Shown piece by piece: positions 30,107 to 44,241 of a DNA stretch of 64,000 nucleotides. This DNA comes from Chrysomallon squamiferum (lineage: Eukaryota; Animalia; Mollusca): NCBI GenBank assembly GCA_012295275.1, contig CM022665.1, positions 5,332,001 through 5,396,000 on the forward strand. The letters run 5' to 3'. The notes under the pieces were generated by a model. That model had not been told where the DNA came from and ran no database searches. It saw only the letters and a list, made by a program, of their open reading frames with translations. How positions within the stretch are numbered: the first letter of the stretch is position 1; each line of letters starts with the position of its first letter. The translations under genes and the position numbers were made by a program.

Positions 30107-30177
<71 letters not shown>

Positions 30178-31088
30178 CTTACGAACATACCAATAAATGT
30201 CCATCCTACCATTTTTGTAGTTATTTTACTTGTGCCTGTATTATCCATCTTTAAATAACTCGATTTATTTCTGACATTTTTTTCCTTCTCGTTTAATAGT
30301 TCCTCTGTACTAATAGTTGTCATTAATTCCAAATTCGTGGACAAACGATTTTCTTAGATTAGAACAAATTAATGTCCACACCTAACCCCTTGAAGTTATT
30401 TTACTGCTTTGTATTTATTTATCCAGCCTCACCCAGCAGATCAGAACAGCATTCAAAGCTTTTTTTTTCATTATCGTCCACGCCTATCCCTTGTAGCTAT
30501 TTTACTTCTATAGACATCCAGCATTACCTTTTAGATTAAAACAGAATTTAAACTATTTCGTTAAAGTCCAAGCTTCTCTTGAATACTGAAACTGCAGGAA
30601 CCCTAGGAATTGTGTTGTAATGACGTCCTTAGACTGCATGTGGGTTCAGTTAATATCGATATTTTGTAATTACTTACATAGATTTCATCTGCACTAACCT
30701 TATTTTTGTTTTTAACTAATGGATTTATTACTGTCTATTTTTTCTTCTGCAGCTTCTGTTTATACAAAAAAAAAAAAAAGATTTTGTTTAAGACTGATTA
30801 GTTCTGAAAATTTACCGATATGGCTTTGTATATTGTAATTATCTATATAATAGTCTGGTGGGTTTTTTTTTGATGTTTAGTCTTTGTGGTATATTTATTT
30901 AACTTCATCTGTAGGCCTAGTCTTTAAAAATCTGTATTTAGTTTTCGCTTCACTTTTTCTACCTTCGTCAGCAGTTACTCACGAATTATATATATATTTT
31001 CATTTTAATTTTTCATTAGTTCAGAAAATGTATGAACATAAATTTGCGGTCAAATATAATAATACTATGATATAGAAATTGTGTTTAT

Positions 31089-31120
<32 letters not shown>

Positions 31121-31741
31121 CAAATACTATGATATAGAAATTGTGTTTACACACACACACACGTTTTCAGTGAATAGCGAACTAGTTCTGTATATTTCAT
31201 ATTTTTATATACATTTTCGTTCCAAAAATATCATTTTCAGACAAACATATTATTATAATGATATTCAAACACTGGAACTGCGTTTAAACTTTTCATCAAT
31301 TTCATATACATTCGTTTGTATCTCAGTCATCACAGCGATTGGTTATAGTTATAATTTTCAATGAATTAAAATGCCATTAATTCTTAATGTGTATTATTCC
31401 AATTTTCCCAAATGGTCGTTATTATCTATTATATAAATTATTTTTAAAAATGATTTAATTACTGCGTCTTCTTTTTCTGCTACTCTTAGTAGGTTATTGG
31501 AGTTTTCAGTAAAAGGGTGATCTGCTTCTGAAAAATGTTCAAATCTAAATTTATTTCAGTCTCCTTCTCAAAGAAAACGTTATTAAAAAGGTTTAATACG
31601 TTTAATAAACGTGGACGAAAAATATATTAAAATAAGTATAACAATTAAAAGAGTTATTGTTTCATCTAAACTGAATATATACATAAACAGTTCAAGATAC
31701 ACCTTCAATTTAATACGCTACATATACATATACATATACAA

Positions 31742-31878
31742 TATTATTATTATTATTATTATTATTATTATCATCATTATTATCATTATTATTATTATTA
31801 TTATTATTATCATCATCATCATCATTATTATTATTATTATTATCATTATTATTATCATTATCATTATTATTATTATTA

Positions 31879-31938
<60 letters not shown>

Positions 31939-31943
31939 TTATT
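31742..31943 (+). repeat. (ATT/ATC)n trinucleotide microsatellite
   Basis: Direct inspection; similar (AAT)n tracts lie at 9241-9330 and 39838-40020. Confidence 0.97.
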
Positions 31944-32727
31944 ACATAAAATTTGCTGGCTAACATGAATCCTTGGCGTTGTCCGAACTGACTGACCAGT
32001 TCGACATAACTGAATGTTTCCAGCACGTGGTGGTTGGAAGGTAAGGTCACGGGACACCATATTTCAGTCGATTCTCTTACCCGCGTGTTTGAGAAGAAAA
32101 AAAGCTGCTGGACTGGTCCCTGGATGCTCTTACCACTGGCGAATTCCATAAAAACTGACGTCTAAACTCTGTCTTCTTTTCCAGTGGATATCATCATACC
32201 GCATGTTTCTTTATTTTCACCCACAATATTTCTCCTCAGTAAAACTTGGGTCGATCAGCAGTCACACGAATGACTTGAAATACGACCGACTGTTTTTTTC
32301 GGTGTGTATAATTCTGATTATAATGGTGCTGATTTTCCTGAGTGGTTCCTTTAATAATTAAAAGACGACAGAAATTAAAGCAGTGATAACTTAATTACTG
32401 TGAAATAATTGATTTCCTTGAAGTGGAAAACAAATAACGATTAGCATTTTCTTTGTAGTCTGGTTGTGATGTATTTTAATGTTCTCGTCGTTACAAGGTG
32501 CTTTTAATATTGTTTACGTGCATCTGTAATGATTTAGACACCCAGTAGTTGATTTGACTTTCGTGCTGGGATGTCGTTAAACAATTTTAAATATGTTATT
32601 TTTTGTTTATTTCTTACTGTGTTATATACTTTGAAAAAAAAAAATTTAAAAAATCAGGTTTGATACTTTAAAAAAATTAAATGAAGTTACTACCAGTATA
32701 GAATTTGTTTCAAGAAAAATGTATACA

Positions 32728-32832
<105 letters not shown>

Positions 32833-33473
32833 AATTTGTCAGAGACAATATAGAATTTGTTTTAGGAAAATCTTTACAAGATAAAGAGAGAAACTGAGAG
32901 AGGAGAGAGAGAGAGAAAGAAAGAGAGGAAGTGCAAGACAGCGAGAGATAGAGAGAAAAAGATAGAAAGAGTGGGAAAGAAAAGATGTTCTGTAATTATT
33001 AGCAGAACTCGCTCACTCACGTTACCGTCAACATCTCAGACTGATGTCACAGCATGTTTTGTCCAGCTTTTAGTAATTAACCTTCTTTATAAGAAGACGA
33101 TATCCTATTACCTTTCAGCTCAACAGCTGTACTTATTGTTTGAGATTTTGTATTTTCTGTAGCCTTCGACGATACAAAGATATACAAGGCCAACAACCTA
33201 TAGTGTGCGCGTGCGTGTGTGTTTTTGAGTGAAACATGATTAAGCTGTCTATGTGCAATGTCTGTGGACGTTGATAGATTTACTGCAGTTTTGTTTTATG
33301 CGAGTCATAGATTTTCATTACAAATGTTTTTCAATGGATCGAAATAAGGCTTTCGATGAGTTTCTCGACACCGCATTGATTAGTAATAAAAATGTTAATC
33401 TCAAGTGATAAATGTACATCTGGTAATCGTTATAATGTTAGGTTATTTTAACTGTAAAATAGATTAAAGCACA

Positions 33474-33589
<116 letters not shown>

Positions 33590-34694
33590 GTCCCCCTCTC
33601 TTTTTCCTAACTACTACGAACCTGCATTATTGTTGCCATTTATTCGAAATCTTAAAAGTAATTTGATATCAACCGCCAGTTATGACAAAAATAGCACAAA
33701 ACTGCCGACACTGATCCATTTCGATCAACAATAGCCTACCATTCTGGTATTTTATCGACGAATACTCTCAGTTATTTAACATTACTGTCAATCTATACAG
33801 ACGGAGGGACCGAGTTTTTTGACAGCCGGTCGAGAACTGAAAAGAATATGACATCATCTAACAGCATGGCGTAATTAAATACCGTGTAAAATTAGTAATA
33901 TTTTTAAAATAAAGTTTTAATATAATTCCAGCGAGTTTTTGGACAGCACTGATCATAAGAAGCTGACAAACCTTTACACCGTGTTCAAAAGCAATTTAAA
34001 TGTTGTAAACGAACGTGAAAGTAAGTCTGAATTTGATTCCTACCCTCTGGTTAATGTCGCTGATTTGAATCATGGCAGTATAATTATATTTACAACTGAA
34101 TCAAAGTAAATGACACAAGTCAGTGGACTGTTTGGAAGCGAGTCTCAGGAGGCAGATGAAAACAAAATCAAAACACTTGTGTACAGTCATTGGCGAGTAC
34201 TGGCTGTGTATTTTTCAGCTCGGTGAATCATCATGTGTTAGATCATTCTTTCTGCACAGACAGTGAACAACTATGAGTTTATTTTGTTCACTTACGCGAG
34301 ATTACGAAAACGCTGTCTTTGAAAGCACGCAAATTGTCATCAGCAAGATCCAATCTTCTAACGTAGGCTGCTTGTTATGTTTGTCGGTTAATAGGTTAGA
34401 TAGCAGAAATCATAAGCTTTATTCAAGATTACGATCCACTGCTAGAGACGTCAGTGTGGTGCCTTTTATCTCCGATACTATCTTCTTCTTGATCATCATC
34501 TTCTTCTTCTTCTTCTTCTTCTTCTTCTTCTTCTAATTCTTCTTTTTAGCCATTTGGTTACGACAACAGCGATCATAAACTTTATTTTAAATTAGTACCA
34601 TTAATGTCTTTTGTTTTTAAATTATTGTTTATTATTTCATTTATGGGATATGTGGGTTTTTTTCAAGCTTATTGGTTTATCTTCAGTGGTTTTC

Positions 34695-34739
<45 letters not shown>

Positions 34740-34832
34740 TAATAATAAAAAAAAACAAAACAAAAAAAAACAATAATAAAATATCCAAAAGATCTACGTC
34801 ACATTAACTGCAATTACTAATTCATCTGCTGG

Positions 34833-34864
<32 letters not shown>

Positions 34865-35635
34865 TCATCACTAATCTCTCGCAATCATAAATATCATTCC
34901 ATGATACTAAAACGACCTTTCTGTAAACGTTTGTGCAAACAATAAAATGGATTGTTAAACACAGAGCTGTGTGTGAAGACCACGAGTCTGAAGTACAGTA
35001 AACACATCAAACCACATTTCATTCGTATTATTTATTTAAATAAACAAACCACTTCCTACATGAACTATTTACTTAGTGTAATTCGTAGAAAATCTCTGCT
35101 TATTTAACTATTCGATATGTTTTTTTTTGTAGACATTAAAACCACGAATAACTGGGGAAGAAAACCAACAGAGTTACGGCAAACAAAACGATTGTGATTT
35201 TGTTATTCAAACAGGAAATACTCTGTGCATATTACAAAGTTACAGTGATTAACAAAGCTCTTGATAATTCCATTTTTATAGTTTTCAAAACAGCCTGTTT
35301 GTGTGCACACATGCGTGCGTGCGTGCGTGCGTGCGTGCGTGTGTGTTTTTGAGTGAAACATGATGAAGCTGTCTATGTCTGCAGGATGTCAGACGATCTA
35401 TCATGATTCTGGAAATGCATTTTCTTACAGCGATTAATTAAATCTTGATAATTTTATGTTTAGGTTTCTCAAACTCGGCACGGTTTAGTAAACAACAGTA
35501 CATTTTTTTTGGATCATTATTTGTCAAGAAAGATGACGCTGTATCAGATACTTATTATAACGTCAGTCGTAGCGGTGAAGCTTCACAACGATTTATTAAT
35601 CTGATACAGCTGCAGTAAATATCAACCAGTATATC

Positions 35636-35703
35636 TATTACGTGTATTACTCGTGTATAGCTTACGTGTATATCTTACGTGTATATATTACGTGTATAGC
35701 TTA
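35636..35703 (+). repeat. Short ~13-bp tandem repeat (TTACGTGTATAGC-like)
   Basis: About five degenerate copies are visible. Confidence 0.75.
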
Positions 35704-37506
35704 GGATACAAGTAAAAACACACAAACTAAGAAATAATATAATTAACACTTTATGATGCAAGTACTGAAATAATAATTCGGTTTAAAAGAAAGAAATATA
35801 AACTAAAAGGTTAGGATTTTTTTTTTTAACATGCTGTGAAGCAACCACTAACATTATGAGTCGAAGTCCTATTATTAAAAACGTGTGACATTTATCATTC
35901 AAAGAGTAAAAGAGTGGGGACAAAAGTTTATTATATTTATAACTTAATAAAAAAAAAAAAAAAAAAAAAAAAAATAATAATAATAATAATAATTATAATA
36001 ATAATTGTTGACAGCATAAAAAAGTTCGAAGCATAACAAGAATTCGAGGAGAATATAAAATTAAATCGAAAATTAAACTTACAAATTGTGTATTCAAGTT
36101 AACATTTACTCAGAACAATGTTAAAAACAGTGAAAAGACTCGGCTATGACTTGGTGTACAGAAAAATTATTAAAGATATTACATACATCATTATCACTCA
36201 TTTCAGGTAGGTCATATTATTTTTGAAATTTCTACAAAAAAATAAAAATAAAAATAAAAATAAAAATAAAAATATGCATCCAAAAGGCAGACCGGAAACA
36301 TCTTAACATTTACATACACTACTAAAGTTATTCATTGTAATTAAAATTTACATGAACAATTTACATCTACTAAATATATAATACTACATTACAGGCTTGC
36401 TATATCTACGACATATTTTCTCAGGTGATTTGTTAGCCACGAACAATATCATTAAAAGTAAAGTCATGCTTTTTTTTTTTTTTCATTAATTAGCTATGTT
36501 ATTAAGAAAAGCAAAAGTTCGATGTAGAAGAAAGAAGGAATTTTTTAGCACACTTATTTTGTGAAAACCCACAAGCTTTTTTTTTTTTATCATGGTGATT
36601 TTCGTTCACAGAGGTTTCAAATATCGATTGACACGAAAGGACATCATCATATGCATATAAAATGAAAGAAAAAAAATAGCAGTTTTTCACCAAGTAATCA
36701 GTATTATTACAAGTGTGATCACTTACTTAAAAAAATAAACCTGTTCACGAAGATGAAAGAACATCTATCGGATTTTGACAGTCCTGTCACTTAGAGCACT
36801 GCTGGAACTCGACGTATTCAGCAAAACTAGTTTTAACGGCCATTCTCAGTATGAATTTAGTTAAAAGAAGAATTAATGTTATCTTCATAACAGTCTTAAT
36901 GCTTATTAATTTTGTTCAGTGGTAATCTATTCTGCAAAAGATACTCAATAGCAAAGATTTCACACCAAAAAACAACAACAACCCCAAAACCAAACAAAAC
37001 GAATAAATAAATACAACAAAAGACTCTTTTCATATTATTTGAAATTAAAATATTTAAAGTTAAATACAAATGAGAGAAAACACACAAATGAGTATTTTTA
37101 TTAATTCGAAGACGTTACAAATTATATTGTAGTAAAACTACAAAACCGTTGTCAACAGATCCAAGTTAAGACATCTAATATAGACGACAAGAGATATGAA
37201 CTTTACATCAGCCAGCTGATATTTCTTTTTCATATCACTAAATTATTTCATATCCTTTAATAATTGAAATCATCATCAACATTTTTTTAAAATAAAAAAT
37301 AGAAAATACGAAAAAAAAAAAATAAAAAAAAAAAACACAAATATTTACATAACAAAGTTAAATTACATAAATTCAAACCTTTCAAAACATTATAAAAATC
37401 TATACTTGTCAAATTTAAACTTTCGTATTTAGTTTTTCTGGAAACTGATTTTGAACAGTTAATAATAATTAAGGCTTCTGGAATATGTGGACAAAGTACG
37501 TCGACT

Positions 37507-38601
37507 TCACAAAAACGGCGGAGGCTGGCGATTTCGCATTAACAAGGAATGCCGTTGTCTGGGTCGAAAACCGAACAAAGATATCAGATAGTACCTGAAC
37601 TTCTCAGAAATTACGATAGGAAAAACCGTCAAAACGGCGAAGTATGCATAGAAGAAAAACTGAAATATGTTAATGGAGAGGATTTCTTCGACTGTGGGAT
37701 GAGTGTAGGCTCTCTTATTTATTATGAATTCTAGCATGGACAGACCGCGAGGTGTTACGAGGAGGTGAAAACAAATTGAATGGGCGACTACCATCTTCAG
37801 CACCTCTCGGTGTCGCGGTGAACAGTTGCTTAACCTTACCTTGCCTCGCCCGTAAAGTTTTGTCATGACAAGAATAATGTCAAATATTAAAAACAGCACA
37901 GACGGAACGACGGTCAGGAAAATAATATCCAACACGTTCATTACAGCCATGACCGCTTCGTTTTCCGGAATCACTTGACAGATGAGTTGGTCGTGGTTGG
38001 TGTGACTGTATCCGTAGTGCGTCCACGTTTTGTACGAGTAAACCGTGAAACCAAACAAGGCCATGCTGATGACGATAAGTTTGGCTTTTCCTGCACTATC
38101 CATCCACATCAAACTTCTCGGTTTAATAGAATCCCAGAGTACCAAGTACGCGCCGAGCAAACTCGTCCAGACCGTTAGAAAAGGAAAAAAGTGGTTACAG
38201 AAAATGTACATGGGACAGATCCCGGGCGCGGAGTAAATGTTCAGTCCCTGTCCGCTCATCCACGTCAGAAACACAATGGACAAGAAACCGCAGCTTCCAA
38301 AACAAATACACACCAAAAAGTGCGTGAAGAACTTTTTCCTCAGCCGCGTTCGTAGAAAAACGAAAAAACAAATAAATCCGGCCGAAATTCCTATGATGAC
38401 GATGAAAGGAACAAGGTACATCTGCATGCACCACACCACTTTCTCCAACATGCTGACGCTGTACTGTTGCGGAGCATAGCTGCTGTTGTCGGCTCGCATG
38501 ATAAAGTTCTCCATGAAAAAGAATCGTACGCTGTACCGACCAAAGCATCTCATGTTTGTTTCTTCTGTCGATGTGTTCAACATAGCGCAAGGGGAGGGCA
38601 T
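37507..38601 (-). CDS. Orphan rhodopsin-class (class A) 7TM GPCR, peptide-receptor/chemoreceptor-like, 364 aa from the first ATG, coding region in one exon
   Basis: Long uninterrupted ORF with seven hydrophobic segments and N-terminal N-glycosylation sequons (NTS, NSS). It has Cys at the top of TM3 (GICP) and in ECL2 (LICQ), TM5 Pro (VVP), TM6 Pro (LVTP) and a helix-8 SEKFR. The TTG start at 38727 is probably intronic, since a good acceptor (ttttaatttcattcacag|) opens the exon at 38675. Alternative ATGs are at 38583, 38514 and 38499. Confidence 0.88.
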   Translation of the reverse strand: MPSPCAMLNTSTEETNMRCFGRYSVRFFFMENFIMRADNSSYAPQQYSVSMLEKVVWCMQMYLVPFIVIIGISAGFICFFVFLRTRLRKKFFTHFLVCICFGSCGFLSIVFLTWMSGQGLNIYSAPGICPMYIFCNHFFPFLTVWTSLLGAYLVLWDSIKPRSLMWMDSAGKAKLIVISMALFGFTVYSYKTWTHYGYSHTNHDQLICQVIPENEAVMAVMNVLDIIFLTVVPSVLFLIFDIILVMTKLYGRGKVRLSNCSPRHREVLKMVVAHSICFHLLVTPRGLSMLEFIINKRAYTHPTVEEILSINIFQFFFYAYFAVLTVFPIVISEKFRYYLISLFGFRPRQRHSLLMRNRQPPPFL

Positions 38602-39285
38602 TGATTGATCAGTTTGCGCCGATTGGCAGTCTGCTCCAGCTAGGTGAAAATCTCTCCGTCCACTGGAGTGGTAATCTGTGAATGAAATTAAAACAACGAT
38701 AAATCCAGTCCGCTTGCTGACCAACAAACCAATGACAGCTCACTGTGACACTCTTTGATTTTGATAAACACGATTTCCAATTATTAACCTTTAAGAAAAT
38801 TGCATGGATGATCCATGAATTTACGTGGAAACAAATAAGAGGGACGGGCTGCAAGACTGATTAATAATGATTATAAAATTAATTAATAATAATTCGTTTC
38901 CAGCGCATGAAGATAAATATAGGTAAATTATATGACATACAAATACGGATCACAATCACTACGTACATGCGCACTCATCTTACATGCGCACACACACACA
39001 TACACACTGACACACACACATATAAATACATACTTACATGCATACATATTTATATGTTTCATTTTTTTTTTTTTGGTGCATAAAACAATAAATATGTAAC
39101 TTTGGTAATACTGTACCGTGACACAAATTACTACAAATGAATGATGACTTCATAACAAATCAGTCTTACCAACATGAAGAAATATTTTCACTTTTTTCAT
39201 CTTAGACAAATGATTACGTAAAACAGCATTCATGGAATTTGCGGCACAATATATAGTTTAAAATAGTTATGTTTCATTATCAACA

Positions 39286-39320
<35 letters not shown>

Positions 39321-39348
39321 AGTAACATGGAATTAAATAATCCGACAG

Positions 39349-39379
<31 letters not shown>

Positions 39380-39837
39380 TATATTTTTTTTAAACTGAAA
39401 TAATATATTTAATATAATAATGGCAATAACGACCGCTGTTTGAAATTACCAAAACCTAAACTACTCCCAAGAGTGAATTTAAACATCGATCGCCGCCGTG
39501 TAAGTTTGAGCTGTTAGAATTCTGGACTATTTCACAAAATATCATCACTGGAAAGCTAAAAATTCAAATCAGATTTAGTAATTTATGAAAGCAGCACGCC
39601 GGCTGATGATCAAGTAGCACTCAAGCGACAAACCGTTCTGTGTAGGTAATTGCTGTAAACACCGTGTGAAGTGAAAGTCTTATTTTGGGCTCTTCTACGA
39701 CACTACGTCAGTCGCGGTTACGAAAGACTGCTGTATGTGGAAAGGTAAAAGTAAAACATCCCTTCGTGCTGTCGATAAGTGAAGCCCAGCACAAAGTGTT
39801 GAGTGATTTCTTGTCTTGTAATTCTTTCATGACTGGC

Positions 39838-39923
<86 letters not shown>

Positions 39924-40772
39924 TAATAATAATAATCAAATAATAATAATAATAATAATAATAATTTAATAATAATAATAATAATAATAATCTAATAATA
40001 ATAATTTAATAATAATAATAATAACAACAACAACAATAATAACAAAAGCAACAATAATAATAGTAACACATCAACAAGAACAAACTCCTACTATACCTAC
40101 TAATAGTTCAAATATAATTCGAATTTGATCAAACATGATCCCTGAAATTACACACCTGCTAATCCTCTATTGTTCTTTCGAAATTGATTTATTTTATTAT
40201 TATTATTATTATTATTATTTTTTATTTTTATTTTTTTTTTTTTTTTTTCACGAGACGTATAAAATCGTTCAAGGTTGTTTAATATATATATATAAAAAAA
40301 AAAAAATTATAAATTTAATTGAAGTTAATTTTTTTTTTTATAGATTACCATCAGCAATTATTTTCAAATATTTTAGTAATTAGAAACTATTTAAGACTTA
40401 TTTATATCCGATTCGTATATTATTGGATTTTAATACGTTAGGAAAATAATTCTTAAAAATGCCTCTAGTAATAAATCCATTCATGATATAATTTTATTTT
40501 GATATACTTTGATTGGAATGATGATGATCTCTTAATGTTACCTAAAATGGTTCCGCTAATTCTGAATATATTTTTAAACATTCACTTAGAATTTGTCACA
40601 GAGACAGGGCTGATATAACTATACTGAAAGATTCCAGGTCAAATAGATATTTTAACAAAGGTATTCTGGAATAATAATGATTTCCAAAAATGTAAAATAC
40701 CAGTGAGAATTTTTAGCTTAAAGAAAAATAAATAAAATTTAATACAAACGAAAGAAGAGATTTCTTTATGAT

Positions 40773-40811
<39 letters not shown>

Positions 40812-42626
40812 CAAAAAGAAAAGAAAAAGAAAAAAAAAAAAAAAAGAAAAAGAAAGAAAGATAATCCTGTTTTCAAGAAGTTAATCAGTGCTTCATAAAA
40901 AAAAAAAAAAAAAAAAAAAATTCTGTAAAAGCTTCTTTCAGTGTCACAATATTTTTGATAAAAAAAAAAAAAAAAAAATAATAATAATAAAAAAGAGTAA
41001 TAACAAAAAAAATAATTTAAAAAATGTTCAAAATTCATCTTAATTGACTTCATAATACGATTAGTACTGATACAGAATTCTGTAAGGAGATTTGTTTACA
41101 TTAATAGCATCGGATCGAATTACATCAAGAAAAACATCGTCATTTTTGACAAATATAAGTAACAGGAACACGGACCAGAATCGTACATGAAAACCACACT
41201 GGAGTTATTAATATTTATTAAACTAAAAATCAGCCTATTCGGCGCCGCTGAAAGAAACCGAGACGAAGAAAAAACAGCTCCAGATCTCTTGTACAAATTA
41301 ATGCTGCTGAAATTTGAAGGCTACCAGTGGTAAGGGAGATAATTCAAATAGTTCAAATGAACAAATAACAAAGATTGTTCATGATTCGAAATTTTCCGCC
41401 AACTTTTGATCCTAAAATATGTATATATATATATTTTTTGTTATTGTTGTTTCTCTAAACTGCAGTCATGGAATCTAAATAATAATAATAATAATCAACA
41501 TTATCACACCATCATTTTACGAAAAAGTGGGGAAACAGGAGAAAAAAAAAAAAAAAAAAAAACAAGAAGAAATAATGACACATATATTAAAATTATTAAT
41601 TCTGCTGTAATAAAAATGTCTAGACCTGTAAGCTCATTGATTAATCATGGTTAACAGAGATCTGCTTCACGTTTTAAGTGGTAACCCGCTACTAGTTTTC
41701 AGAACAGTGCTTGTCTACCTTAAAGAAAACGAATGGCAAATTTTGTTGACGATAACTTCATATTTCAGGCCCTTGTGCGTTGCATTTTCAACACTGTTAC
41801 TGTCAGTGACTTTTATTCTTCACGTTACGTTTACGGACAAAAAGCACGGACACGGAAATTTATGCATAGCATATCAGTTTGTTACGACGGCAACCACTTA
41901 AAGACAGAAGCAATTTTTGTTATCTTAATGAAATCTGTCACAGAACATATGATTATTTATTAAACATCGAATTTTGATCGCACAGATAATTTACCATTGT
42001 TATCGTTAGCGATGATGATACCAGAAGCAAAAATAATTTTAAAAAAAAACGGACAAAGAAACAAATGTGTTTATTATGTATGTGTGTGTGTGTGTGTGTG
42101 CGTGTGTGTGTGTGTGCATGCGTGTATGTGTGTTTGCGTGTTACTATATACGTTACTATAATATATATATATATATATATATATGAAACAGACATGTTGA
42201 TGTAAAGCAAAAACTAACTGACTGATTGATTCAATGTATTTGAAAACAGGGGGACTTCTTTGGCCTGTTAAATATCTATTATAAAGAAATGCCAACGCTC
42301 CTCTACTTGTAAATTATTCTGACACATTTATCAGACAGTCGCTTTCATTATTTCACTGTCTGTACTGTTAACGAGTGAATTCGCCTAACATGTTCTTGTA
42401 TTGCTTAATTAATCATGTTAACAGGGAAACTGTGATCTGTCTTTCTCCGATCACACAAGACAAATATTCTAGTATTTAAAAGTTGTGGTTAAATGGACAT
42501 TTCTTCATTGTCGGAATGCGTGTGTGTTTGTATGTGTATGTGTGCGCATATGTATGTATGTATTTGTGCGTGAATAACTATATTTGTGTGTGTATTCATG
42601 TATGTATGTATTTGTGTGTGTATATA

Positions 42627-42703
<77 letters not shown>

Positions 42704-43223
42704 ATCTAAATATGTATGTATGCAGCTATCTAATGTAGGTATGTATTTATGTATATATATGTATATGTAAGTGGAAAAACATGTTAATAATTGGTCAGTT
42801 ATTCGAGTGGCATTCGATGGTTTCTTTTAGCTTTACGCCATAGTCACGAAGCCGTACTGGTTCATATTGACTGACGCAAAGTCATGGTCAGGCAAGGTCA
42901 GAGATATGTTACATCAAGTGTAATTGGGCTCAAGACTCATCAGATTCTTCTGTGGAAATAAATTCCTTTGGATCAAACCGAAAGCTCAAGCAGCGCACAC
43001 TTTTTAGTTATGTACTAATAAGCAGTTAGCTGAATTGATTCCCGATATGATTTGTTTGTGGAAGAACTAAGTACGTTGTAATTACACCAAACAGCGAATG
43101 TTGTTCATAAACAGCAAGCAGTTTCTTTGTCTCTCTTAATGAATTCAGTTTTTAAATGTCGTGATCTTTAAAATTACAAATTTCATAAATTGGCAGTGTC
43201 ATCGGCGAAGTATATTTGATGTG

Positions 43224-43254
<31 letters not shown>

Positions 43255-43975
43255 GTATATGCACTGAGAGAAAGAAATACAGAGAGACAGACAGATATAC
43301 TCTAAATGCATGTGCTTCCAATTCCATTAGATATAACAAAACAGTTACATTGCTTTATAAACTTATAAACTATCGATATTAGCTTTTTGTTGGAATCATA
43401 TCACATTTTAAACTCGGAACTCTGACTTAACTGAAATTCCCATGCGGTCGGGTTCTGCCTGATACAAACACAGTAAAGCGTAAAGTTCGTACACTTCTGT
43501 GTTACTATAAATGGAGAAATCAGTTACGCGTGCTGCAGTTTGGTGAACTGGAAGAACAACATATTGACTGCCTCTGGTGAAATCAGAACAAGCGCGAGTA
43601 AAAGCAAGTAGTTTGGTTGTTTGTGATCTTAGAAATTTCATACGTGTTTAACCCATCCTTACCAGTTAATTATATTCCGTTTGCTTCTGAATAAAGCAGC
43701 TGTTTCTCAGTCAACTAAAGATGGACCTAGCTGCGTGAAGCCACGATTTCCTTTGTGTTCTTAGAATACTGAATCATGTTATTATTGCAGTGGTGTGGAT
43801 ACTAGCTGGTACGGAATCCCAACAGAAACCTAAAATAATATACGGATTAAAGAATGCATGAATTATAAAATGCAACGGGTTTGCAAGAATGTATCTTTTT
43901 TCATATATAAGTTTTAAATTTTCTCAAATGGCATGTGATTGTTTAATTCGGAATGCATAGTCAAAACCTACGAAT

Positions 43976-44106
<131 letters not shown>

Positions 44107-44108
44107 GT

Positions 44109-44241
<133 letters not shown>

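Noticed and set aside
37549-38590. Several 60-130 aa ORFs overlapping the GPCR on both strands
   Set aside because: These are shadow ORFs of a GC-richer coding region with no independent protein features.
38602-38727. N-terminal extension of the GPCR from the TTG start given in the ORF track
   Set aside because: Non-ATG start in a eukaryote, and a good splice acceptor at 38676-38677 suggests the upstream part is intron.
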